A stretch of 64,000 bases of DNA from the NCBI GenBank assembly GCA_002441265.1, contig DJVQ01000025.1, forward strand, positions 1,422 through 65,421. Reading direction: 5' to 3'. The position numbers and the translations under genes were made by a program. Shown here one piece after another: positions 8,316-17,064 of this stretch. How positions within the stretch are numbered: position 1 is the first letter of the stretch; each line of letters starts with the position of its first letter. Source of the DNA: Syntrophaceae bacterium UBA6252. GTDB taxonomy: Bacteria; Desulfobacterota; Syntrophia; Syntrophales; UBA6807. The notes under the pieces were generated by a model that worked only from the letters and a program-made list of their open reading frames with translations, was not told where the DNA came from and did not search any database.

Positions 8316-10244
8316 ATGAAGCACATCATCCTCGGAACGGCGGGTCACGTGGATCACGGGAAGACCTCCCTCATCCGGGCGCTCACCGGAATCGACACGG
8401 ACCGGCTGAAGGAGGAAAAGGAACGGGGAATCACCATCGAACTCGGCTTCGCGCGGATGACCCTTCCCGGCGGGCTGACCATCGGCATCGTGGACGTACC
8501 CGGCCACGAGCGGTTCGTGAAGCACATGGTCGCCGGCGCGGGGGGGATCGATCTCGTGGCCCTGGTCATCGCCGCAGACGAGGGGGTCATGCCGCAGACC
8601 CGGGAGCACCTGGACATCTGCAGCCTTCTCGGCATCCGCACCGGCCTCGTCGCCGTCACCAAGACGGACCTGGTCGACCGGGACTGGCTCGATCTCGTCA
8701 TCGAGGAAATCGGCGACTTCCTGAAAGGCACCTTTCTCGAGCCGGCGCCGATCGTCGCCGTTTCGGCAACAACGGGGGAAGGGCTTCCCGAATTCGTGTC
8801 GGCACTGGAAAAGGTCATCACACCCATGGAGGACCGCTCCGAATCGGGATTTTTCCGGCTCCCAGTAGACCGGGTGTTCACCATGAAGGGGTTCGGGACG
8901 GTCGTCACGGGAACCCTCGTGTCCGGGAAGATCCGCGTCGGGGAAACGGCGGACCTCCTCCCGCAGAAGGTCCGCGCAAAAGTCCGGGGGCTCCAGGTCC
9001 ACAACGAAGCCGTGGATACGGCCCTGGCGGGGCAGCGTACGGCGATCAACCTGCAGGGCATCGAAAAGGAGGCGGTGGAACGGGGCAACGTTCTCGCCGC
9101 CGTCGACACCTTCGAGCCGTCCTCCGTCATGGACGTCTCCTTCCGGTATCTGCCGTCGGCGGGAAGGAAACTGAAGACCCGGGCCGCGGTCCGGTTCCAT
9201 TGCGGAACCAGTGAAATCCTTGCCAGGATCGTCATCATGAACCGCCAGCAGATCGAGCCCGGCGAGGAATGCTACGGCCAGATCTTTCTGGAAGCGCCGG
9301 CTGTGGCCTCCGGCGGAGACCGTTTCGTTCTCCGGAGCATTTCCCCGGCGGCGACCATCGGCGGGGGGGTCATCCTGGACCCTCTCGCGAAGAAGTGGAG
9401 AGCCCGGGAAAAGAAACGGCAGAGCGAATGGGAAATCCTCCAGGGGGGAACGGGCCTCGAAAAGACGTCGGTGATTCTCCACAGAGCGGGCCTGGAAGGA
9501 ATCTCCAGGGAGCGGCTCGCCGTGAGAACCGGCATGTCCCAGGGAGAAATGAAGCGGATCCTCGACCAGCTTCTCTCCAGGAGGGAGGCCCTCCTGCTCG
9601 ACGGCGACCCCCCGAGGCTCTTTCACTGGGACGTTTACCGGAAGCTCCAGGAGGACATCCTCGCCGAGGCGACGGAATATCACAGGAACCAGCCTCTCCG
9701 GAAAGGCTGCTCCCGGGAGGAGCTGAGAATCCGCATCGGGGCATCCGTCGACGTCAAGCTCTTCAACCGGGCCCTCCGGGATCTCGAGGAGGGGAAAAAG
9801 ATCGTCTCCGAACAGGACACCGTCCGGATTCCCTCCCATGCCGTGGCACTTACCGGCGACCTCGAATCCCTGAGGGGGGAAATCGAGAACACTTACAGGG
9901 AGGCGGGTCTGGAACCGCCCCTGACCCGGGAAGTCCTGGAACGGAGCGGTGACCGAAAGGGCGGCGGCGCCAAGATCCTCGACCTCCTGACCAGGGAGGG
10001 AACCCTGGTCAAGGTCAGCGAGGAACTTTATTTCCACAGGGAGGCCCTGGAAGGGCTGGCGAAGACCTACACCGATTTCCTTCTCAGGGAAGGAACGGCA
10101 ACCCCGGGAACGTTTCGGGACCTGACGAACCTGTCCCGCAAATTCACCATTCCCCTCATGGAATACTTCGACAAGACCCGCCTGACCATGCGGGTGGGGG
10201 ATCACCGGGTACTGAGAGAGCGCAAGGAAGAAGGCAATGGATGA
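8316..10244 (+). CDS. selB: Selenocysteine-specific translation elongation factor SelB
   Basis: 642 aa. GTPase motifs [20 protein letters not shown] and TKTD, plus a long C-terminal winged-helix extension. A Sec-containing FDH lies in the same window. Confidence 0.93.
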   Translation: MKHIILGTAGHVDHGKTSLIRALTGIDTDRLKEEKERGITIELGFARMTLPGGLTIGIVDVPGHERFVKHMVAGAGGIDLVALVIAADEGVMPQTREHLDICSLLGIRTGLVAVTKTDLVDRDWLDLVIEEIGDFLKGTFLEPAPIVAVSATTGEGLPEFVSALEKVITPMEDRSESGFFRLPVDRVFTMKGFGTVVTGTLVSGKIRVGETADLLPQKVRAKVRGLQVHNEAVDTALAGQRTAINLQGIEKEAVERGNVLAAVDTFEPSSVMDVSFRYLPSAGRKLKTRAAVRFHCGTSEILARIVIMNRQQIEPGEECYGQIFLEAPAVASGGDRFVLRSISPAATIGGGVILDPLAKKWRAREKKRQSEWEILQGGTGLEKTSVILHRAGLEGISRERLAVRTGMSQGEMKRILDQLLSRREALLLDGDPPRLFHWDVYRKLQEDILAEATEYHRNQPLRKGCSREELRIRIGASVDVKLFNRALRDLEEGKKIVSEQDTVRIPSHAVALTGDLESLRGEIENTYREAGLEPPLTREVLERSGDRKGGGAKILDLLTREGTLVKVSEELYFHREALEGLAKTYTDFLLREGTATPGTFRDLTNLSRKFTIPLMEYFDKTRLTMRVGDHRVLRERKEEGNG

Positions 10245-11004
10245 CGGCAGAAACCTCGCGGGCGATCGGGAGGTTTACTGGTTCGACGGGTCCGGCCTGT
10301 CGAAGCGGTCCGTGTCCGTGATCCGGGAGTCGGTCCTCCGGGTCATTCTCAACGGCCGGGCGGTCGTGGAAATCGCCTGCCTCGGGACCCACGGGGAAGA
10401 ACTGGCGGTGGGCTTTCTCCGATCCGAGGGCCTTCTCGAACGGCGGGAGGATCTCCGGTCCGTCGCCGCGGCAGGCGGGGAGGTCCGGATCGAGGCAGCG
10501 GTGGCCGCCGGCAAAGCGCAAGGGGGACCGACCCTTCTCCTGTCCAGCGGTTCCCGGGAAACGGCGCGCAGAACGCCGGAACCGGTCGCCCTCTCGCCGC
10601 TTCCCTTCACGGCGCGGGACATTTCCACCCTCATGGAAGAACACCTCCGGGCCACGGAACTCCATGCCCGGACCCGGGGAACCCACGGATCCTCCCTGGC
10701 CGGGGAGACGGGAATCCTCATCACCAGGGAGGACATCGGAAGGCACAACACGATCGACATGATCGGGGGGCACCTGCTCCTTCAAAAGGAGGACGGAGCC
10801 GGGAAGCTCCTTCTGACCACGGGACGGCTTTCCTCGGAGATGGTCCGGAAGGTGTGGAACCTGGGGATCCCCGCCCTCGCCTCCCATGCCGCCGCCACGT
10901 CCGAAGGCATCGAAACGGCCGAAAGGGGCGGACTCACCCTGATGGGATGCGTCCGGAACGGTACCATGAAAATATACACCCATCATGAAAGGATTCGATT
11001 TTGA
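10237..11004 (+). CDS. fdhD: Formate dehydrogenase accessory sulfurtransferase FdhD
   Basis: 255 aa with the GRHNTIDM motif. Overlaps the selB stop by 8 nt. Confidence 0.85.
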   Translation: MDDGRNLAGDREVYWFDGSGLSKRSVSVIRESVLRVILNGRAVVEIACLGTHGEELAVGFLRSEGLLERREDLRSVAAAGGEVRIEAAVAAGKAQGGPTLLLSSGSRETARRTPEPVALSPLPFTARDISTLMEEHLRATELHARTRGTHGSSLAGETGILITREDIGRHNTIDMIGGHLLLQKEDGAGKLLLTTGRLSSEMVRKVWNLGIPALASHAAATSEGIETAERGGLTLMGCVRNGTMKIYTHHERIRF

Positions 11005-11957
11005 GCGTGAAAAACCTGTTCGTGCGGGACATCCAGCCCGCAAGCAAGATCGAGGACACGTTCCTCGTCGTGGAAAAAAATCTCGTCATCTCGCAGAAGG
11101 GAAGCCTTTACCTCAGCCTTCGCCTCAGGGACAAGACCGGTGACGTCGAGGGCAGGGTCTGGGATCGGGCCGCGGAACTCAACCGGATGTTCCAGAAAGG
11201 GGACGTCGTTTTCGTCCGTTCCCGGGCGGTCCGCTACCGGGAGGCGACCCAGCTCTCCATAACGGACATCGAAAAACCGGACCCCGCCGACGTCCGGATG
11301 GAGGATTACGCCCCCACCTCCCGTTTCGGCGCGGAGGAAATGTTCCAGGCGCTTCAGGCGTTCGTGGAGGGAATCGAAAACCCCTTCCTGAAAAGCCTCC
11401 TTCACGGCATCTTCGGGGATGCCGAGATCGCCGGTCTGTTCAAAAGAGCCGCCGCCGCGAAGGCCATGCATCACTTCTACGCGGGCGGGCTGCTCGAACA
11501 CACCCTTTCGGTGACCCGGATCCTCGATTTCCTTTCCCGTCACTACGAAAGGGTCAACCGGGATCTTCTCCTCACCGGAGGGATGCTCCACGACATCGGA
11601 AAGATCCACGAACTCAGCCCGAACGGCATGATCGATTACACCGACGAAGGCCGCCTCATCGGCCACATCGTCATAGGACTGGAACTGGTGGACCTGAAGA
11701 TGGCCGCCGTGCCCGACTTCCCGCCGGATCTCGCCATGGAACTCCGCCACATCCTCATCAGCCATCACGGCGCTTTCGAGTACGGGTCCCCGAAGCGTCC
11801 CAAGACCGAGGAGGCCCTCATGGTCTATTTCGCCGACGATCTCGACGCCAAGGTGAACGCATTTCAGGAATTCATCGACGATTCGAACGACGAGGAGTCG
11901 CGATGGACCCCCTTCCACCGCCTCTTCGAACGGTACATCTACAAGGGTCCCCGCTGA
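11001..11957 (+). CDS. OB-fold plus HD-domain phosphohydrolase (YhaM-like 3'-5' exoribonuclease family)
   Basis: 318 aa with a TTG start. N-terminal OB-fold-like segment. HD region LLEHTLSV ... GGMLHDIGK. Confidence 0.7.
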   Translation: MSVKNLFVRDIQPASKIEDTFLVVEKNLVISQKGSLYLSLRLRDKTGDVEGRVWDRAAELNRMFQKGDVVFVRSRAVRYREATQLSITDIEKPDPADVRMEDYAPTSRFGAEEMFQALQAFVEGIENPFLKSLLHGIFGDAEIAGLFKRAAAAKAMHHFYAGGLLEHTLSVTRILDFLSRHYERVNRDLLLTGGMLHDIGKIHELSPNGMIDYTDEGRLIGHIVIGLELVDLKMAAVPDFPPDLAMELRHILISHHGAFEYGSPKRPKTEEALMVYFADDLDAKVNAFQEFIDDSNDEESRWTPFHRLFERYIYKGPR

Positions 11958-12027
11958 AAGGACGAAATTCTTCCATGACTGGAAAACGGTGGGGAAGACG
12001 GGCTTCCCCTCCGGACAGGCCCCCGGT

Positions 12028-12720
12028 CTACGCCGGTCTGTCCCCGAAAAGGGCCCTTCCGATCCGGACGATGGTGGCACCCTCCTCCACGGCGACCTCG
12101 TAATCCTGGGTCATCCCCATGGAAAGCTCTCCCAGGGAGACCCCCGGAACCTCCTTTTCGAGGATCCTGTCCCGCAGCTCCCGGAGGGCTCTGAAGAAAG
12201 GCCTGGCCTGTTCCGGATCGTCGAACCAGGGGGGCATGGTCATGAGTCCCCGGACGGAAAGATGCTCCATGGCCGCCACCTCCCGGACGAGGGCCTCCGC
12301 CTCCTCCGGTGAAATCCCTCCCTTGGTCTCCTCGCCGCTGAGGCTCACCTGGATCAGGACGGGGGTCACGACGCCGGCGAGGCGGGACCGTTTGTCCAGC
12401 TCCGCCGCAAGGCCCGGGCGGTCCACCGAGTGAACCAGGTCGAAGAGGCGGACGGCGTATTTCGCCTTGTTCGACTGGAGGTGCCCGATCAGGTGCCACT
12501 CCGTCTTTCTTCCCATGGATGCGATCTTCCGTTTCGCTTCCTGGACATAGTTCTCTCCGAGGATGTCCACCCCCGCGTCAACGGCCTCACGGATCCGCGC
12601 ATCGTCCACCGTCTTGGTCACGGCCATGAGGCGGACCCCGGCGGGGTCCCTCCCCTTTCTCAGGGCCGCCTCGGCGATCCGGCGGCGCACCTCCCGGACG
12701 GCTTCATGGACCGAACTCAT
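12028..12720 (-). CDS. yggS: YggS-family pyridoxal-phosphate homeostasis protein
   Basis: ORF 12028..12783 trimmed to ATG 12720 (MSSVHEAV), a 4-nt overlap with the maf stop. Motifs MAVTKT and WHLIGHLQSNK. Confidence 0.88.
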   Translation of the reverse strand: MSSVHEAVREVRRRIAEAALRKGRDPAGVRLMAVTKTVDDARIREAVDAGVDILGENYVQEAKRKIASMGRKTEWHLIGHLQSNKAKYAVRLFDLVHSVDRPGLAAELDKRSRLAGVVTPVLIQVSLSGEETKGGISPEEAEALVREVAAMEHLSVRGLMTMPPWFDDPEQARPFFRALRELRDRILEKEVPGVSLGELSMGMTQDYEVAVEEGATIVRIGRALFGDRPA

Positions 12721-13355
12721 CGGCGCCCCCTTTCCGGGAAATGGACCGCTCCCACCCGCTTCAGCGCGCAGACGACCTCGCACAACGGAAGGCCGATCAC
12801 GTTGGTGCAGGAACCGTGAATCTCTCCGACGAACACCGCTCCCATCCCCTGGACCGCGTATGCGCCCGCCTTGTCATAGGGTTCGGGGGTGCCCGCGTAC
12901 CATTCCAGTTCATCCTCCGGAATCTCCCGGAACATCACCACGGACTCCACGGCCTCGGAAACCGCCGGCGGCCCCTCGCCGCGGAGAAGGGAGAATCCGG
13001 TGATCACCTGATGACTCCTGCCGCTCAGTTTCCGGAGCATCTCCTTCGCCTCCCCGGCGTTCCGGGGTTTGCCGAGCACCTCCCCGTCGACCACGACCAC
13101 CGTGTCCGCCCCGAGGACCCAGGAGGCGGGATGCCGTGCGGCAGCCATGCGGCTTTTTTCGAGAGAGAGCCGGATTGCATGATTCCTCGGGGTTTCCCCG
13201 TTCAGGAAGGTTTCCGGCACATCGCTCGGCGCTACGGTGAAGCGAAGCCCGAGGCTCCCCAGAAGTTCTCTCCTTCTCGGGGACGCCGAGGCCAGGATGA
13301 ATGCGGGTAGGGACACGACAGAAATCCTTTCTTTACGGCTTCGGAAAAAGTTCAT
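12717..13355 (-). CDS. maf: Maf-like nucleoside triphosphate pyrophosphatase
   Basis: 212 aa with ILASASPRRRELL and GAYAVQG. Confidence 0.88.
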   Translation of the reverse strand: MNFFRSRKERISVVSLPAFILASASPRRRELLGSLGLRFTVAPSDVPETFLNGETPRNHAIRLSLEKSRMAAARHPASWVLGADTVVVVDGEVLGKPRNAGEAKEMLRKLSGRSHQVITGFSLLRGEGPPAVSEAVESVVMFREIPEDELEWYAGTPEPYDKAGAYAVQGMGAVFVGEIHGSCTNVIGLPLCEVVCALKRVGAVHFPERGRR

Positions 13356-13356
13356 A

Positions 13357-13436
13357 TGCTGCGTTGCCCTTCTTCTCTCCTCCCTGCGGCGTACCGAAAG
13401 TACGCCTCGGTCCTCGCGATTCGGGCGCCTTGCCTT
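13357..13436 (-). repeat. Dispersed ~80-nt GC-rich intergenic element, copy R1
   Basis: Its reverse complement aligns with 35588-35668, 54693-54768 and 63910-63986. Shared blocks are GCGCCCGAATC, the hairpin GGCGTAC-N5-GTACGCC, and CGCCGCAGGGAGGAG..GAAGGGCAACGC. Confidence 0.7.
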
Positions 13437-13508
13437 TGGAGCTTCTTCCTTTGCCGTTATTTCCCGACTTTCTTCAAATCCGTCTTTCCTGACGATCCCC
13501 TTCGGGAT

Positions 13509-13910
13509 TCAGGCCTTTGCGGGCACCAGGGCGACCAGGACGCGCCGCGTCCTGGGACCGTCGAACTCGCAGAAAAAAAGAGACTGCCAAGTCCCGAGCA
13601 CGAGCTCCCCCCTCTCGACGAAAACCGCGGCCGAGGCCCCGAAGAGAGAGGATTTGATGTGGGCCGCCGAATTCCCCTCGCTGTGCCGGTAGCAGTTATT
13701 CCACGGAACGAGCCGGTCCATGGCCGCCAGGAGGTCCCGGGGAACGTCGGGGTCCGCGTTTTCGTTGATGGTGACCGCGGCGGTGGTGTGGGGCACGTAC
13801 ACGTGGCAGATCCCTTCGCTCACGCCGCTCTCCCGGACGATGTCCCGTACTTCCCCCGTGATGTCGATCATCTCGCTCCTGGCGCCGGTTTTAAGGGAAA
13901 ACTGTTTCAT
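13509..13910 (-). CDS. YjbQ/UPF0047 family protein (secondary thiamine-phosphate synthase-like)
   Basis: ORF 13509..14048 trimmed to ATG 13910 (MKQFSLKTG). Motifs HTTAAVTINENADPDV and NSAAHIKSSL. Confidence 0.8.
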   Translation of the reverse strand: MKQFSLKTGARSEMIDITGEVRDIVRESGVSEGICHVYVPHTTAAVTINENADPDVPRDLLAAMDRLVPWNNCYRHSEGNSAAHIKSSLFGASAAVFVERGELVLGTWQSLFFCEFDGPRTRRVLVALVPAKA

Positions 13911-14157
13911 GGAGCCCGCCTTCGAATGGGAATCCGTCCCCGGCGGATGCTTCCCCGGAAGGACGGTCACCCCACTATAATGAATGGAGGCGGATTTTTC
14001 AACAGAGCTCCCCGTCCGCAGGGGGTAGGAAGGCCGAACCAAGCCCACGCTTTCGAGAAAGGTAAAATATGACGGCTTCGTAAAAAGTGTTGAATTGGCC
14101 TTATTACAAGTTCGTCAAATATTCATCGTATGATGCAATATCTCTATGAAATACTTC

Positions 14158-14186
14158 TTGACAGAAACGGCCGTCTCTTTTAATGT
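14158..14186 (+). promoter_or_regulatory. sigma70-type promoter driving the riboswitch leader
   Basis: TTGACA (14158-14163), a 17-nt spacer, then TAATGT (14181-14186). Confidence 0.5.
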
Positions 14187-14211
14187 TTTATGTGAAACAC
14201 GTGGCTCTTTG

Positions 14212-14296
14212 AGAACCGATAAAGGCAAACTATCCGTAAGGGTAGGACGCAAAGCCATGGGTCCGCGGATGCGGATCGCCAGGCCGCCGAAGTTCT
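14212..14296 (+). promoter_or_regulatory. c-di-GMP-I (GEMM-I) riboswitch aptamer
   Basis: Reads AAAGGCAAAC-UAUCC-GUAA-GGGUA-GGACGCAAAGCC. The conserved GGCAAAC and GGACGCAAAGCC blocks flank a P2 hairpin with a GNRA loop, as in Vc2. P1 is AGAAC (14212-14216) paired with GUUCU (14292-14296). Confidence 0.7.
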
Positions 14297-14323
14297 TTCA
14301 TCGATTTCCCCGCACGGCGGGTT

Positions 14324-14360
14324 CCCTTTCCGGAAGGAAGGGGTTTCCGTCTTTCCTTTC
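14324..14360 (+). terminator. Candidate intrinsic terminator (riboswitch expression platform)
   Basis: 8-bp stem CCCUUUCC-GGAA-GGAAGGGG, followed by the U-rich tract UUUCCGUCUUUCCUUUCC. Confidence 0.4.
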
Positions 14361-14483
14361 CAGCGATATTGCTGTATCTTCCCCACGAAGAAGACCCGAT
14401 GAACGTGCAGGAAGTCCTCCGTGCCGATCGCCCGGCAGCGGTTTTCCAGGGAATCCGGAACCTTGACGGCTTCGAAAAAATCC

Positions 14484-14562
14484 CTACGCTTCGCTGCCCC
14501 TGAGCCCCCGGCCCCGAGGCGCACTGAAAGTACGCCCCGGCCCCGGGATTTCGGGCGCGCCG
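14484..14562 (-). repeat. Dispersed ~80-nt element, copy R2 (more diverged)
   Basis: Contains GGCGCACTGAAAGTACGCCCCGGCCCCGGGATTTCGGGCGCGCC. This aligns with R1 13388-13430. Confidence 0.55.
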
Positions 14563-14715
14563 GCCGCCGAGTTCTCAACCCTGCCGCCGGGGAAAGCGTT
14601 GTCTGGACTTTTTTGCGAGCCTGTCGACCGCTGAAACAGCCGGATTCCCGATCTCCCCGGGGAGCGGAAAGGGACAGGAACGCGTTTCCCGAACCATGGA
14701 ACGGGTCATGAAAGG

Positions 14716-15489
14716 ATGCGAACCGTGACAGTATTCCTCTCCATTGCGTCATTCGCTTTCGGGGCCGTCGTTGGAAGCTTTCTCAACGTGTGCATTCACA
14801 GGATTCCCAGGGGAGAATCCATCGTCCGTCCCCGCTCCCGATGTCCCTCCTGCGGCACGGCGATCTCCGGTTACGACAACATTCCCCTTGTGAGCTACCT
14901 CGTTCTCCGGGCCAGATGCCGTTCCTGCGGCGCACCCATCTCGGCGATCTACCCGGCCGTGGAGCTTCTCACGGCGGTCCTGTCCCTGGTCCTCTTCCGG
15001 AAATTCGGTCTCTCCCTGCCCTTCCTCGCATCCTTCGCCTTCTGCTGCGCCCTGGTGGCGGTCAGTTTCATCGACCTGGAACACAGGATCATTCCCGACG
15101 TCATCTCCCTTCCCGGGATTCCCCTTTTCGCCCTGTGCGGCGTCGGGATCATGGGATTGACCCTTCTGGACTCCCTCATCGGAATCGTGCTCGGCGGGGG
15201 CGTCCTCTACCTCGTCGCGACGGGGTACGAACTGCTGAAGAAGCAGGAAGGCATGGGAGGGGGGGACATCAAGCTGCTCGCCATGATCGGCGGTTTTCTC
15301 GGCTGGAAGTCCCTTCTGTTCGTTCTGCTCGTCAGTTCCCTCCTGGGGGCTTTCGTGGGAATCGCGGCCATGGTCTACAGAAAAGGGAACCTGCAGGACG
15401 CCGTTCCCTTCGGTCCCTTTCTGTCCGTCGCCGCCGTTCTCCACATTTTTTACGGAGAAGCCTTTGTCCGGTTTTTCATCGTACGCTGA
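14716..15489 (+). CDS. pilD: Prepilin peptidase / N-methyltransferase (A24 family, PilD/GspO)
   Basis: 257 aa, polytopic. Contains GSFLNVCIHRIP, the cysteine pairs CPSCG..CRSCG, and GGGDIKLLA. Confidence 0.92.
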   Translation: MRTVTVFLSIASFAFGAVVGSFLNVCIHRIPRGESIVRPRSRCPSCGTAISGYDNIPLVSYLVLRARCRSCGAPISAIYPAVELLTAVLSLVLFRKFGLSLPFLASFAFCCALVAVSFIDLEHRIIPDVISLPGIPLFALCGVGIMGLTLLDSLIGIVLGGGVLYLVATGYELLKKQEGMGGGDIKLLAMIGGFLGWKSLLFVLLVSSLLGAFVGIAAMVYRKGNLQDAVPFGPFLSVAAVLHIFYGEAFVRFFIVR

Positions 15490-15499
15490 AGAGGGTCCC

Positions 15500-15970
15500 A
15501 TGACGGGAGAGAAAAACAAAGGATTTACCCTGGTGGAACTCATGATCGTGGTGGTTCTCATCGCGATCCTCACCGCCATCGCAGCGCCGGCCTACCAGGA
15601 TTACATGGCGCGGAGCCGCCTGAACGGGGCGGCGAGGCTGGTCCTTTCGGACCTCGCGTCGGCCAGGATGGACGCGGTGAAGATGAACCGCCGGACTCAG
15701 GTCTATTTCGCGGGAGGATACGCATCCCCCGCGGCGTCCTACCGGATCTGCGACGACGCTTCCGGCGACGGAACGGTGGCCGACGGGGAGGGAAGGAACA
15801 TCACGAGAAACGTCCAGGATCATTTTTTCGACATTTCCGTGGGGTCCAACAACAATCCCATCTTCCTCCCCAACGGAACGGCGACCAACATGGCGACCAT
15901 CAACGTGTCCAACGGAACGGACACCCGGCAGATCACCATCACCATCGCCGGAAGGGTGTGGATACAATGA
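15500..15970 (+). CDS. Type IV pilin-like minor pilin (GspH/FimT-like)
   Basis: Begins MTGEKNKGFTLVELMIVVVLIAIL, a prepilin leader plus hydrophobic helix. Start taken at ATG 15500. Confidence 0.8.
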   Translation: MTGEKNKGFTLVELMIVVVLIAILTAIAAPAYQDYMARSRLNGAARLVLSDLASARMDAVKMNRRTQVYFAGGYASPAASYRICDDASGDGTVADGEGRNITRNVQDHFFDISVGSNNNPIFLPNGTATNMATINVSNGTDTRQITITIAGRVWIQ

Positions 15971-16359
15971 AAAACGGATTGAAGCCGGGAAAAAGCGCAA
16001 AGAACGAAGGGGGATTCACCCTTATCGAGGTGATGATCGCCATTCTTCTCCTCCTCATAGGCCTCCTCGGCGTGGCCGGAGTCGCCGCAACCATCATCCA
16101 GGCAAACGCTTTCAGCAGGCAGGTGACCACGGCCACGACCCTGGCGGAGGAAAGGATGGAGGCCCTGAAGAACACCCCTTACGCTTCACTGACGGCCGGA
16201 GCGGACACGCCGGCCCAGTTTCCCGGCTTCAACCGGACATGGGTGATCCAGACCGACGCACCCCTCACGGGCACTTCGACGGTCGTGGTGACCGTGTCGT
16301 TCCCGTGGAAAACCCAGACCCGGAATGTGCAGTTGCAGACGATTTTCAGAAAACCATGA
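15967..16359 (+). CDS. Minor pilin, PilV-like
   Basis: Prepilin N-terminus NEGGFTLIEVMIAILLLLIGLLG. Overlaps the upstream gene by 4 nt. Confidence 0.78.
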   Translation: MKNGLKPGKSAKNEGGFTLIEVMIAILLLLIGLLGVAGVAATIIQANAFSRQVTTATTLAEERMEALKNTPYASLTAGADTPAQFPGFNRTWVIQTDAPLTGTSTVVVTVSFPWKTQTRNVQLQTIFRKP

Positions 16360-17051
16360 GCAGGAAACACCTCGAAGAAAAACGAAAGTGCAAAGCCGGT
16401 TCCGGGGGATTCACCCTGGTGGAGACGCTCGTCGCCCTGTGCCTGGGGGTCCTCGTCGTCGCCGGGCTCGCCTCCTTCTTCAGGGCCCAGGGCGGGGCCC
16501 TGAAAATCCAGGAGGGAATCGTGGAAATACGCCAGAACCTTCGGGCGGCCATGGCCGCCATGACCGGCGAACTCCGGATGGCGGGATTCAATCCCCTGAG
16601 AAGGATGCCCCTGGGAATCTCGGCTGCGGGGGGCGACGCCATCACCTTCCGCCTGGACAGGAGAAGCGACCGGGACGGAATCGACAACGACGGGAACGGG
16701 TTGCGGGACAACAGCGATCCCGGGGAAAAGCACATCCCCAACGGAACCTCGGAGGATCCCAACGAGTGCATCACCTACCGCCTCTACAAACGGGGCGGGG
16801 AAACCGTCCTCGGACGCAGTTCCACCCGGAACGGTTTCCCCCAGCCGCTGGCGGAATGCGTGGAATCCATCCGGTTCTCGTATTACGGAGACACATCGGG
16901 AATCCCCCTGGCCGTCCCCGTGGCGGACCCGGGAAAGATCCGGTCGATCGGCATCGTTCTCACGGGACGGACGGCAAAGCCCGATCCGGTCACGGGAGAA
17001 CACCGGACCTTCACCCTTGCATCCAGGGTTTCCCCCTGGAATCTCCAGTAA
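16356..17051 (+). CDS. Minor pilin, PilW-like
   Basis: Prepilin N-terminus GSGGFTLVETLVALCLGVLVV. ATGA overlap with the upstream stop. Confidence 0.75.
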   Translation: MSRKHLEEKRKCKAGSGGFTLVETLVALCLGVLVVAGLASFFRAQGGALKIQEGIVEIRQNLRAAMAAMTGELRMAGFNPLRRMPLGISAAGGDAITFRLDRRSDRDGIDNDGNGLRDNSDPGEKHIPNGTSEDPNECITYRLYKRGGETVLGRSSTRNGFPQPLAECVESIRFSYYGDTSGIPLAVPVADPGKIRSIGIVLTGRTAKPDPVTGEHRTFTLASRVSPWNLQ

Positions 17052-17064
17052 CGGAGGCATCGCG

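Noticed and set aside
8262-10205. 647-aa minus-strand ORF opposite selB
   Set aside because: SelB on the plus strand has all GTPase motifs. The antisense product is low-complexity with no recognisable domain.
14325-14345. UCCGGAAGGAAGG resembling the SRP RNA (4.5S) conserved loop
   Set aside because: Only a short match exists, with no flanking SRP helix 8 symmetric/asymmetric loop context. It is better explained as the terminator stem of the riboswitch.
14146-14711. ORFs 14146..14466 and 14421..14711 upstream of pilD
   Set aside because: They overlap the promoter, the GEMM-I aptamer and repeat R2. They have no RBS and low-complexity products.
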